A stretch of DNA of 64,000 nt from Asterias rubens (Eukaryota). Each line of letters starts with the position of its first letter. Within the stretch, counting starts at the first letter, position 1. Made by a program: the position numbers and the translations under genes. Location of the stretch: assembly GCF_902459465.1 (NCBI RefSeq), contig NC_047078.1, forward strand, positions 10,850,001-10,914,000, written 5' to 3'. Below the pieces are notes generated by a model, which was not told where the DNA came from, did no database searches, and saw nothing but the letters and a program-made list of their open reading frames with translations. Shown in pieces: positions 1 through 13,200 of this stretch.

Positions 1-424
1 TATAGGGCCTAGCTGTCTTTCCTAAAAAAAAATGTATTTATAAATATGTTAATGTATTTAATGTATTGCGTACTACACATTCCGCACTATTTTACGAACT
101 ATAAGTTTTGCGCCTGTATATAATTTTCGAAGCTAATTGGACACACAATGCGCGAAAGGTGTTCGAAAATGGCACAGTTTGTGTACAGACAATAGTAGTG
201 GAAGTTGACACATTAATTTGTCTGATACCCGGATACACAAACTCCTACTTTTAACATCATTTCGGCGTGCGATAAGTTCATTCATCATCCTCTTAGGTTT
301 CTGTGATCATAGTGGCTTATAAACACTGTGAAGAACTTGGTAAACATTTGTTAAAATAAAGACTAAGCACACGCATAGATTTGCTCAAGTGATTTAGATT
401 AATGAACGCATTTGATTCTTGTAG

Positions 425-3400
425 AAATTCAGAGCGATGAACAAATTGAAGACTGGACTGTCGAACTTCATAGTCTAGAACACTTAACAGAAAACATCAG
501 CCAACTTGACCTTCGGCTCTCCTGCACAGCAAGTGCATCCTCCGGCCCGTCCATAGCTTGGCACGTCTATTTCCCTCTGTGTGATGTTTGGAACACTCTA
601 CATCAAATGACAGAACTTGGTGTGTTGGTAGAGGATCGTGCTACATCACCATGCCTGAAGACATCTACATTGACTATCTCGGACTATGCTGAACGTGGTT
701 ATCATGGCGCAGTTATAAAGTGCAGAGCAAGTGCCACTAGAATCTCGAAATCATCTTACAAAAAAATTACGATACAGGGTAAGATTCGTCAGTGTTCGTT
801 TTGTTCCCTCTTGTCCTTGTTTCGCTGTTTCGCCTCATGCTTTCGCCCCCCTCTTTCACATAGTATCATTTCTAGTTTGTTATTTGCTTTAAAAATATAT
901 TAATTTTGTATACTTATTATATAATAATTATTAGCTTTTGAATTTATTTTTTACTTTCTATTTACTTGGGATATTTTCTGAAAATGGTATGGAATCAACG
1001 CACAAAAAATCAAACCTTATCAAAACCAAGTTTTCTCTATGTATTGTCTTGACATCAAAAGTTCAATGTAATGGTAAATAAACATAACTAAATAATGTAT
1101 TAATTGTGTTGATATGCATTGTTTTTTTTTTACTAGACCACCAACTTAAGAAATAATGTTTTCATACCGATGTATGTTAAACACTGAGGTTCGAATCCCT
1201 CTCGAGTAACATGCTTGTGGAATGTTTTCAAAAGACCTGTGAAAGTACTTGGTATTATAAGTGCTTACAAATACCAGTTTGTGTGTAAGTTTGTTAATAA
1301 GTCAAATAACTATTTAAGTTATTTCAACCTGATTGCCTAACTTCTGTTATTGCCTTACAGAATATCAATCTACGGCAGATCCATTATCAAATACGCATAT
1401 TGATATTCATAGACTGGCACAACTGCCTGTGGGAGTGAATGGTTCAAATCTGCATCTACAGTGTACAAGTTCAATTAGAAGAAACCCGACCATTCTGTGG
1501 CGAGTCTACCAGTCAAGATGCGGTATTTGGGAGAATTTCAAGATTAACAGAAAAGAGGGTGTTACCATTGAGAATAAAGAACTCTCGTCTTGTCTTCAGA
1601 CGTCGACACTAACTATATTTAGCTATCTACAAGTAGGGTACAATGGTGCTATTATAGAGTGTTCGACGTTTAATACTCGACAATCTGCAAATTATTCGGC
1701 AAACTTTACTATCTCAGGTAAGTTTCCATAATGACACTCGCACTGTCTCCAACTATAATAGTAACAACGTACTATGTTTATACCGTACTCTAAATAAAAT
1801 TGAGGTATGCAGTGTGTAAATCTCTTTGATTATTATTGGTTCTGAAAAGAATCGGTTGTTTCAGAACCGGTTGATTATACTCCAACATGCAAAGTTTCAA
1901 ATCCTACTCGAATAATAACAGAGACCACAACGGCTCTTTTAAGAGCCAACACTACCACAAGGAGATTAACGCATTGTTTTATCCACAAGTTTACTAATTA
2001 CTTATAGCTTCTTCCTCCTAAATAATGTTGTTTGCTCCCTTCAATCTCCAGAGAACGAGACTAATGAAGACATCGCAATACAGGTAGTAAAGATCGACAG
2101 CCTCGTAGAGATCAACCAAGGGGTCAATCGGTCAAATAAGCAGCTTTTGTGTACTGCCATTGGCTCATCAATTGAATGGCGAGTCTGCACTTCAAACCTG
2201 ACGTCATTGGTGATCAACGATACTTACAGTGATGTGATTATTGAAAGGAACAGGGTGTCATCGTGCGTTTTTTCGTCAACGTTAACCATTTTGAATCACC
2301 TCGAACACAGATATGCAGGCTCAGTTGTCATGTGTACAACCTCGATCCCTGCTAACACTAACAATCATTCAGCCAATTTCACTCTCCCTTCAGGTATCAT
2401 TGTTTGTTTTGAGATTTCAATGTGTGCTACCATTATTTTTATGTAGGTTTCTAAGTTTCATTGTTGTTGCTGATGGGTATAAAGATATGAAGTTTAGGGC
2501 TTAAACTACTTGTGTTGATTGTCGATGTCTACGATGTTCGTGTTAAATTCTTCTGCTGTTTCGTTTCTCTACGTTATCGTACAGGAAAATGAGTGCTTAT
2601 TTTTGTGCTTATTTACATGCCAAGTCTTGTGATCTCATTTAGTCATGTTTTAGACCGCAACCTGTCAAGTTGTGTGATCTCATCCAACCCTGTTTGGGAC
2701 CGCAATGATAGCTTTCATAATTAAGAAGAAAACGTGTTTTAGCAATGAACTGTTTATTTTTTTCAGTGGAGAAAGTGGAAGTCCAAAACATTGAAGAAAT
2801 GAACTGCACTTCATTGGAACTCGTACAGTTGGATGCTACTGCAAATACGTCAGATGGTCAGTTCGTATGCACAGTGCAAGGCAACGCAAACATATCCCAC
2901 TCGTGGCATGTCACTCGGTCAAAGTGTGGTCACTTGGATGTTGTCGACTTAGAAGCAAGTATTAGAATAAACGCACAGAAGGGACGGTTGTCAGAGTATA
3001 TGCAGAACTCTACGTTTACGATGACGAATTATTCCAATGAAGGATTTGATTGGTCAGTTATCACCTGTTCCACTTTTGACCCCTGGACAGGCACGAATTG
3101 CTCCATAAATTTAACAATTACAGGTATGTTGAACAATAGAATGCTCTTTCTTATTCAAAGGGTCTGTGTACTTCTTGTAGGACAAAAAACACAATGTCCA
3201 CAGAATTACATTAAACTTACATAGTTTGAAGATAGTGGTGTTAGAAAGCTTCCCTGAAAATTTTACTTGCTGAGGTATTGTAGTTTTGCAAACTACTCAC
3301 GTTCTACTACGCTCTTCTCTTATTTTCGTGATGCTTTGTTCCACCATTGGGTACAAACTGCTCCACAATCGGGTGCAATTTGCTCCACATAGGGTGCAAA

Positions 3401-4227
3401 CTGCTCTCCTACTATTACTCGCTTGTTCAGAAATTAAGGAACTAATTGCTTATCAGTCAGTTGAAAGAGCTCCACAGTTTGATGCAAATTGCTTCACCTG
3501 AAGGTACAAACTACTCCCGTTTCCGTACTCCATAATCGGTAAAAAAAAAAAAGTTCCACAATCAGGTGCAATTTGTTCCACATGGGTCACAAACTGCTCT
3601 CCTACTACTACTGGCTTGTTACTGCTCTGATCCAAAATGAGGGCAAATTTTACTTCAGTTGAAAAAGCTTCACAATCGTGTGCAAATTGCACAACAGGAA
3701 GGTGCAAACTACTCATCATATGCTACTCTCTCTCTCTTTTTATATATGTATCTTTTTTCTTCTTTTTTAAACATTTTTACTCAGTGCTCAAAATTGATCG
3801 ATGAAGTAATTAATGTATAGAAATGTCTGTTTAGTCAGATCAAATACAATGTGTGTGTTTTTTCCCCTAACAGGAGCGGTTGACGCAAGTCTAAAAAGCA
3901 CTTCGGAAGGCCTCAGTCTGACCGAAGTCATTAAAGGATTTGATCAATCATACCTTCGCCTTGCGTGTAATGCAAGCACTGATTCAAACGTTTTGGGGTT
4001 CAGGTGGGAAGTTTATCAGCCAGCTTGCCGATTGCAGAAAGCCTTGCTCAGCTTACCCGAGACCGGAGTGCACATACAAGAGACGCAAGTGTCGCCTTGT
4101 GTACGTTCATCTATGTTGGAGATATCAGACTACCGGGAACGAGGTTATGGTGACTCCACTATAGTGTGCAGATCGACCTCTGCGGATAATAGTTCCATGA
4201 GTTATTGGGCTAATTTTACCGTTCAAG
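425..4227 (+). CDS. Five tandem Ig-like domain exons (342-357 nt, all phase 1-1) of the adhesion GPCR
   Basis: Each exon encodes C-x(7-12)-W ... S-T-L-T-I ... (Y)-x-G-x-x-I-x-C. Examples: LRLSCTASASSGPSIAWHV...STLTISDYAERGYHGAVIKC and LHLQCTSSIRRNPTILWRV...STLTIFSYLQVGYNGAIIEC. Confidence 0.85.
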
Positions 4228-7200
4228 GTTGTATAAACAATAATGTCAGATTCAGTTAATTTTGGCTAACAGTACAGCATTTCTTTTAAAAAAAATTTGT
4301 TCAATGCCAAATGCATAATGTAACTACAACAAGAGTGTTGTAATACAAAGCTTGTGTTCCGTGAGTCAAACATGTCATATGCCAATATTTTCAGTAGCTT
4401 ATTTTGTTACAGTAACAGGTATACAAGTTCCATCCTGCAGAACGATGTGTGTTTTAGTCATAACTATTATCAATAACTCTAGGGGCTTTCCTTTTTTCCC
4501 ATTTTGTTTTTGACTGACCTCTAACCTCTGGTGTCTTTGTCTACAAACCAAGTTAAGAATTTTAGAAAAGCAAAACTAAACTTTCAATGATAAGCTGTTT
4601 TCAAACAAAATTTAATGACGGTGCACAATTTTATGACGGTGCAAATCCCTATAAAATACCACAGACCTGAGTTGTCAACATGTTATCGTCATGGGCCTCT
4701 TTAAGTCCCTACGTGAGAGTCAACGCTTGGTTTAGTCTTATCTAAAAACGGTGCTCAAAGCACAGCATTGTTTGTGTCAATGTCGGCATGTTTAACAATC
4801 GCCAGTTTGGACAACATTCTTTATGCCTCATGATTTTCTTATCTGTGTTAACATACGCAGCAGGTTTTTCAAACGGAGGAATATTCCACTCAAGTGATAA
4901 CGTCACTGACTCAAATGACCTTCATGTTTTCAAGAACTTGGAAACAACAGATCGTGACAGAGATATCTGTGGGGCTTCGAAAACCTACAAAGAGGAGGAA
5001 AAAGGTTTGTGATGGCAATGGAAAGGTTTGTGAGGAAAATGTTTGTGAGGAAAATGTAATTAAGATACTGCAAAAACAATCTGGCAAAACCCCATCGAAA
5101 TCCCACTTGGATCCCAGCGGAATCCCCCGAAGAATCCCGCTGAGACCCCAACGGGAATCCCTGGAAATTTGTATTCAGAGTAATAACTCATTATACTGTA
5201 GCAAATGTATGTTTACTCTCTACTGCACCTATCAAACTAATAGTAGGACGATTGATATATTTGTTCCACAGTTGTAACAGTCTTTGTCATGAACACTGAG
5301 GCAGGTGAATACGCCAATATTGATACGGAACTCGACAATCAGGTCTATTCCGTCAAAATACCAAGTATTGAATCGTCGGATGGTAACTGTAAGTTATAAA
5401 TCTCGCTTCTAATAATACAAAAAAATCACTGAATCGTTGAGATGTGGTCTATGACCTGCTGTGAAATTATGGAAGCACGAGAGGGACAAGGGAACATCAT
5501 TACGAGAAAGCACTATGAGAGAATTTCAGAATTTGGAAACCAAACAAATTAAACACACTTTCACCTAGTGGATGTGGTTTGGTCATTAAACTCAATGGAT
5601 GAGCAGTTACTCTTCCTTTTCCAGTTAGCAGCGCAGCCCTAATGGTTTGTGCATGATTTAACCAAGGCAACCGTCTGGAAAAAGAATTGCATGAAGATAA
5701 CGGGTGCGAGTTGCCGGATAAAAATGATGTTTAATTTGAACCCCTTACGGTACTTTTAGTGGAGCTTTGCTGTAATGTGCACAACTTATATTTCTTGCTC
5801 GATATGATTTCCTTCAACTTTTTAATTACTCTCTTTTGTTTTTTAAGCGATCGTTGTCATAAGCGTCTACAAGTCGAGCAGTAATTTCTCAGGGTCAAAC
5901 GGTGTAGAAAAACCTCTGACTTTCGGGAGCAGAATTATCGAAGTGACTGTGTTTAACGAACAGGGGTCTAAAATCACCGACTTCAGTAATGCACATGTTA
6001 GCTTAACATTTCCCGTTCAGGGGGTAAGTTGATCTTATAAATTGTTAGTCTTGCATCGGAGATAAAGAATGTAATTGGTTTTCCCCTTACACTGATGTGT
6101 GGTAAATACTTGGTACTTTCTCGAGTTATGTGTTATCTCGTGTTATCTTTTGGAGTATTTTTTTACCCGACAACAATTGATCTGAGCAAACAAGGTGTAA
6201 TTGCACATTGTTATTTTATCTGACAAACAAATGATGGCATTGGGGGTTGTGCATAGTGATGAAAATATAAACGCTCTTCAAAACTGTCAAAACTCCAAAG
6301 GGAGCCATAAAGCTGTAGCAGTTGGCAATGTGAATTGGTATTGTTGGTGAAAGTATGTTTTATTAGAAAACCAAGCCACTGTTAGAAAACGGGCGTACTC
6401 AATCATTCATGTTCAACTTCAGCTCTCTTCCCCTGAAAAATTTTTATAGCACAAGGCTGAACAAATGACCTTATTATACTTTGACGTGTCTACAGCTACA
6501 TGTCAGAGATAGAACGATGTTGAAACAATGACAACACAATACGCACACAGGATGGGCCTATGAGCAGCCTTCATTTGACCACCATTTATGTATAATACTT
6601 AGTTTATCTACACACGTTGTTATGGGATAAACATGGGGTAATCGCCATTATTCAGATGGAAGTGTAGACCATGTGAAATTTGTTTACAATAAGTTTGACC
6701 TTGTGCATTCTTTGGGTATTCTGGCAGGCAATGTACTACACTGGTCCTATCGGAAAGTTGCAGTTTAAAAATAAGTCCTAGGTTTATGAAAGTAAAAGCT
6801 TGTTAGGTTTTGAGATGTGCCCCCCTTTCATAATATCAACAGGTGATAGGGGTAAGAGTGTTAGACAGTGCAATCTCAATAAAATATAAGACACTATGTT
6901 TTCTTCCATTGGGCTGTGTACAAATCATGCCCACAGGAAGTCCATGCTCTGTGGCTCTTTTGTTAACGTGTGTTGCACAGGTCACATCATCTATAACTTT
7001 TTAATTTAATCATCAAATTGCTTTTTGCAGATGCCTGGGTACGAGCCGGTATGTTCGTTTAGTTCAGGAATGGACAAGTAAGTTGGTTACACTTTATGCA
7101 TGGCCATACACAAACAAATATTCTTGCATTCAGTGATAAAATAAACTTCTTGGTGAAAATCATGATGTAGGCCTACAGTTTTTCATGGTTCATTTTTATT

Positions 7201-10200
7201 TCTAAAATGTCCCCCTTTATGACGGCCGACTTAAAAGTCTTATTTGTAAACCTAAAGGGTTTGGTTCGCTTTTGGGCAATCCGGAGTCATCTGTTTGCTT
7301 TCTATTTTTTGATACGTCTCTAATTGTTTTCCTAATGTATTTCAATCATATATTTCTAGTTTTTGTTGCTGTGTGTTTTTGATGTTTTAAAAGCCTGCCT
7401 GCACGAACAAATGAATGAATTAAATCTGTACAAATGTATATGTTATGGTCATGTAACTTGTTTTGTCTACTTCTTTCATGCAGTGATTGGGCAACTGATG
7501 GGTGTGTTATTTTGAATTCCAACGGGTACGATAACTCTTATTGGAGCAAAGGCAATGGCAGCGTTAACATAACATGCAGTTGTGATCACCTCACACATTT
7601 CGCTGTCTTGCTGCGTCTTGGTGAGGTAAGTGAAGACAGAAAACTTATGATGAATTTTTAATGAATACAACAAATGTGAACATGCAGCCTGTGACTTGAA
7701 AAATTGTTTGCCCGAGATGTCAGTGTTCAAAAGTGGATGATTGGTGTAACGAACTCGCGGTACATCATGTCAAGTTGGTTTAATTATGCTTACAATTTAC
7801 AATTTACCACAGGGTCGATCACTGACGTCATTGGATAATACTATAATGACTATACTTTGTCAATCATGAGAAAAAGTAATAATATTAAATAAGAAAACAA
7901 AAACAAATGTTACGAGGTTGAGAATTTGTAAAATTGTTGGGTCAGCATCAACATTTGTTTGTTTGATCTTCACGCCCTCTCTCGGATGCATGCTCAGAGT
8001 TGTGTAATACAATAAGTGAGCATTTAAAAATGCTGCCACCTAGCGTTACAAAGTCTCACATTCCATCTCACTTCAAATTGTGTTTGTGCAGGTTGAGGAA
8101 ACGTTTGACACGTACATGTTGGATGTCCTAACTAAAATCGGACTAGCACTCTCCATTGTGTGTCTTGCTGTGACTTTGATGGCATACACATTGCTTCGGT
8201 AAGTATAGTCAGAAAGAATACAGTCGATAAGGTATTGTTTTATGTACACACTTATAACGTTAGATTTAACTGTGAATCTCATGAAGGCCATGTGAAATAA
8301 TTAGAGGTCAAAGGTGATCACGGCGTGGGCCCAACAGCAGACCTCGCGTAATAGATCTTTCTTTTGTTGATAAACATACCGCCTTGGTTGGCACGGTCGG
8401 CCGAATGTTAGTAAAACACTTAATTGTAAAAACAGATGCTTTAACAAAGTTAATTCAACATTTTCTGCAACTTTCAATTAAATAAATACCTCTCACAATT
8501 AGTTGTTTTGTTTTAAACAAAATAAACAAATTTTGTTCAATTGTTACAAAAAATAGCGATCTTTTCTTGATTTGCACTAATGGCTTTCCATAGTTTTCCA
8601 ATCTGGATTGGAAAAAACTCGATCTGTGACGTCGGATGTTCAGGCTAATATTGACCTCATAAACTACCACAAGAGGGCTCTCTCATGAGAGAAGTGGGTA
8701 AAATTTAGTGAGGATATTTTCAGGAGATTTTAATGTACTTTGTCAGCTGTTGTAAATTAGACTGAGAAAACTGTCTTTCGAAATAAAATGATTTGGATAA
8801 TGTATCACTTCCAAACAGAGATACAGAATGGTTTACAAATTATTTGTTAGTTTGTTTGATTAGATTGTTTGTTTGATCTCATTAACTGATGGTCGTCATA
8901 TTTGTCGTTTTTTTTTTTTGTTATTTATAACAGACTGACGAGCATCCGGATAGTAACCCACGCTAACTTAGCCTTTGCATTGATGGTCTCTGATTTTATC
9001 TTCTTTTTTATCGACACCCAAAATGTGGTAAGACTCTTTCATAAATAAGTTTGCCAACCTAGGACCGGAAACTCACTTGAACTTGTTGTGCCAATTATTT
9101 GGTTAATTACTTATTTTTATTTTTATTTTACTTCATAAAACGGGCTAGACATGTTTTGTGAAATTTAAGAAACTAAATGTGGCTCATGTGCCTGTGTCAA
9201 AGGGAACGGCCTAGGTCTGCAGAGTTTTTGTTCCCATATGGAAAACAAACTTGTGGTGGAGTTGGAGGATTCGAAAGAGGGCGCTGTCAGAAGACCTTTG
9301 AACACATAATCGACAAATGTTGGGACAGAATCTCCCGGGGGGGGGGGGGGAGGTTTCCAATCAATTGTTACGATTATGCTTTCTATCTGATCAGTGTGTA
9401 TAATAATCGTCTTAATGCAAATTTGTAACTTTGCCTAACTTTGCCAAATTCAGGTTGGCTGCACCTTAGTCGCCATCTTGCTTCACTTCTTCTTGCTGGC
9501 TGCTTTCACTTGGATGGCGCTAGAGGGCGCCTTTCTGTACATCAAAGTCAACCCAACATTCCCATGGAGAATTCGACTTCCCATTTGGCTTCTCATTGGC
9601 TGGGGTGAATATTGTCCTAAAGCTCGACTCCTTCCAACAAACACGTTGTCTAACATCACCACAACCAGAATCTGTTTAGTAAAATTAGCTATGGAGCTGG
9701 TTTACCGGCCCAATAAGACAAGAGAAAATGGACTGGCAATGAGTTTTAAAATAATTCAATATCAATGAATATCTTTCGATTTTTCTGAAATGTATTACCT
9801 TTGTTGAAAAAAGAAATCACTCACTAAACATGCTGTTGGTGCTGCTGCTTAAGTTTGATTTTTTTTTCTAAATGAACTTCAAACAGAAACATACCAGCCG
9901 TCGATTTCACCAAACTCTTCCTAACTTAAGATTAATCTTAGGACTGTAGCATGCAGACCTTAAGATTAATCCTAATTTAGGACGAGTTACTCGTCCTAAC
10001 TCGAGATAGGATTAATCCTAGCGTTTCGTGAAATCGGATGCAGGATCTTAAAATGTTCGAGTATAATATCTCAATCATTATTACCACAGGTTTCCCACTT
10101 GGTGTTGTGGTTATCTCAGCTGCTGTGAATTTCGGAGGCTATGCTGGTAATGACAGGTAATTTTGCTTAATTAAAGTATGATAAAGTATCAGTTTGAAAG

Positions 10201-13200
10201 AACAAAATTTTGATCTTATAGTTCAATTCAATGCCCCCTATACTGGTGGCATCATATTTTACTGCTTGGCTGGAGTGTTGTATTGGTGTGTACTGTTTTT
10301 TTTTCTCTTTTTTTCAATTCAAAACTTATACTTATTTCCATACTTCATGAAAACAGAGTACAAACAGGTTTTTTTAAGGAATAACCAATAAACAAAACTA
10401 TTAAATGAGGCTGAGAAAAATAAAATGGAGGCATCAGTTGAACAGAGAAACAATGCTACCCTGTTCTTCAGCAAAGTGGTAACACACTTTGACGTCATCA
10501 GTACTAGGCTCTAAACAGGCATGCTGCGAGTTGGAGTAATTTTACGTATTCTGTCTGACCCCTTTTGTCTGATGAGTTTTTATTTTTTTGTAACAGATGC
10601 TGGTTATCATATGATGACGGATTTGTCTGGGCATTCCTTGCTCCAGTTATAACCATCATACTTGTGAGTGTAGTCTCTAACATTATCTTCTATTCCTTGT
10701 TACTACTGAATTTAAAGTTTAAATAAAATTTTCCCTGAATTCTAAGTGAATAGCTTCAGAAACATAGCTGAAAGCTTGGGTGGCCAAGGCAGGGTCGTTT
10801 ATCCGCTGGATTTGTTGTAACATAGACTACTCCGCTGTCTATAAAGGGAATTCCATATTGCCTCGCACACAGACAAACCTTGGTCTGTGATATAGTAATA
10901 TAATATTGACTGACACACCTGATGACACCATCCAAGCAAGTTATTAACATATCCCACCTGGATTTGGTGAATTACACTCTCTAGACTATCTGAAAGGCAT
11001 CGTGACTGCTTTAATCTGGTGCTCGAATAAGTATTGTATTTACTTGTTTAATCTCGTCATATAGAACAGAGACGAAAGTGTCTTTACAGGTGTTCCAGTA
11101 TTTAAACACACTTGTATGTTTCTTTCAGGTTAATACTTTTATCTTGATAAGGCTGGTCTCCATTTTCTTCTCGCTGAAGGCTAACAAAAAAAAAAGTGAT
11201 GCAAAGAAGTTAAAGTAAGTGATTTCAACAATTTGGCTTACAAAACTATTTTTGTGCCAGTGAACTCTCTAGGGTTCTTTGATGAAGGTATTAAATTGAA
11301 CGCGTAGTAATCATTTGTACAAAACATTTATTCATCAATGGGGGACAACAGTTCAGGAAAGGTATTAGTTTGGTAATCACTAATAAATTAATGTAAATGG
11401 AGACTTTTGGTCAAAAGCCTTATACAGCAACTTTACATAGCATAAAGCATTTGAAGTGATGTTATCATAACTATTCGCTCTGTATTGTTGGCATCTCAAT
11501 AACTGAGGCTACTGTTCACAGAAGCTCGTCAGAATCAACAGGTGGACATACCACCATTGCATTGTTAGATCTAGATCCTAATTTCATAGTTTTTCATCAT
11601 AAAATCTCACCTTGTAAACTAAGTTATGTTTCTATTGTAGATCTGGACTTCGACTTGCCATCGTTCTGGAGCCTCTTCTGGGATTACCGTGGGTTCTTGG
11701 ACTCTTCTACACCGGGAAAGAAACTGTCGTCTTTGCTTATGCATTTGTACTCTTTAACAGTTTCCAGGTATAGTCCCTGTCACTTTTTCTCTGAGTTCGT
11801 GTTATCAACCTAATGATATTGTTCAGGGCATTTTGTCAAAACAATTTTGTTTTAAATATTTTCAATGTCGACGAATAATATTCTTGTCTTTTTCCCCCTT
11901 TTTTTCGGTGGGGGGGTGCAATAACTGTCCAAAAGTATGAAGCTGTAATGAATCAGAACAGTCATGAACTTTTGAGACCAAACAATTGAGACCGTTTGTG
12001 AAGCTTCACAGCAGTATACTTAGAAAATTCATTGTAGGCCTATAGCCAAGGACTTTTAATCGCCAAATTATTTCCTTGCCCATTCCAGATCTTATTTTTA
12101 TTTTGGTTGGGGGAGGGGGTAAGTAACTGTCCATAAGAATGGAGTTGTATTTTTTCAAAACATAATGAACATAATGACCCAATAATTGAGACCGTTTGTG
12201 AAGCTTTACAGCCGTATTTTTATTGTATAGCCAAGGAATTGTGGGACGTCAAATACTCATTTTATCTTTCATATAGAAGTTACTGTCGCCTGAAATGTGA
12301 TTTTTGCATCTTGTTTAGATTGTTGCTTTTTAATGTATTTATATCATTTTGATTTTGTTTTCTCCAGGGAGTCTTCGTGTTTCTTGGACAGTGTGTTTTC
12401 GACCAAGAGGTAGGTTTTTAGTTCTCGTGCTGTGGTTTCCTGTGCAACGTTTCGAGATTTATATGCAAAATACCTGACTGAAAAATATTTAATGATATTA
12501 TTAAATTTGTTAATTTATTGAACAGGTGATGAATTCATTCAAATCTCGATCCTCCAAGGTGGAGACCGTCAGTATCCCTCAAGACTCAACGTCTTTCACT
12601 CTGACCAGTAAGTACTCTTTGGATTATTAACTCTCTTAATAGCTATCAAGTCATTGCTTCTCACTAACCCTATAAGTAAATGGACATTTTGAGTTATCTT
12701 GTTCATATCGTTTGTTCAAACAAGCTTCAAGCATCTTAACATCAAGATGTTTGTACTGTGCGAATGCTCCAAAAGAGTTTTTGAGTTTGGCCACCAAAAC
12801 AACTTGGAAAGTACACACATGAACATCTTTTCCACTGAACGAGTGTGTTGACATTGATTTACCTTGCTAACTCATAAACCTGCGATGGGTAGTCAGTTAC
12901 TTTTCCTGGGGCATTCAGTTTTACCACTGGCCTGTGCTTGATCCAATTAAAACCACTGTTTGTAAGAGTAACTACATGGAGATAACAGGTGCAAGTTGAC
13001 AAATAAAAAGGATGTGCCCGTTTATAGCCATTTTCGAAGCATTTCTTAAATGTCTGCATTTAATTTGCCGTTTTATGCCAAACTGTGCATGAATCAGTTC
13101 ATCACGAATACCTCTTTAGTCTACCATTTTGTAAAACAAGCGTACAAGAACAGTTCCCCCAAATTACATCTCGTTGCTTGCCATTTCGCAAAGCCTGCGT

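Noticed and set aside
11186-11195. A10 homopolymer in GPCR exon 16 as a frameshift
   Set aside because: Ten As keep the frame (KKKS) through to the phase-2 donor.
12860-13200. Minus-strand fragments CNLGEL and GIRDELI resembling an LTR retrotransposon gag
   Set aside because: Two short motifs in different frames with stops and no zinc knuckle; could be chance. A tBLASTx against retroelement libraries would decide.
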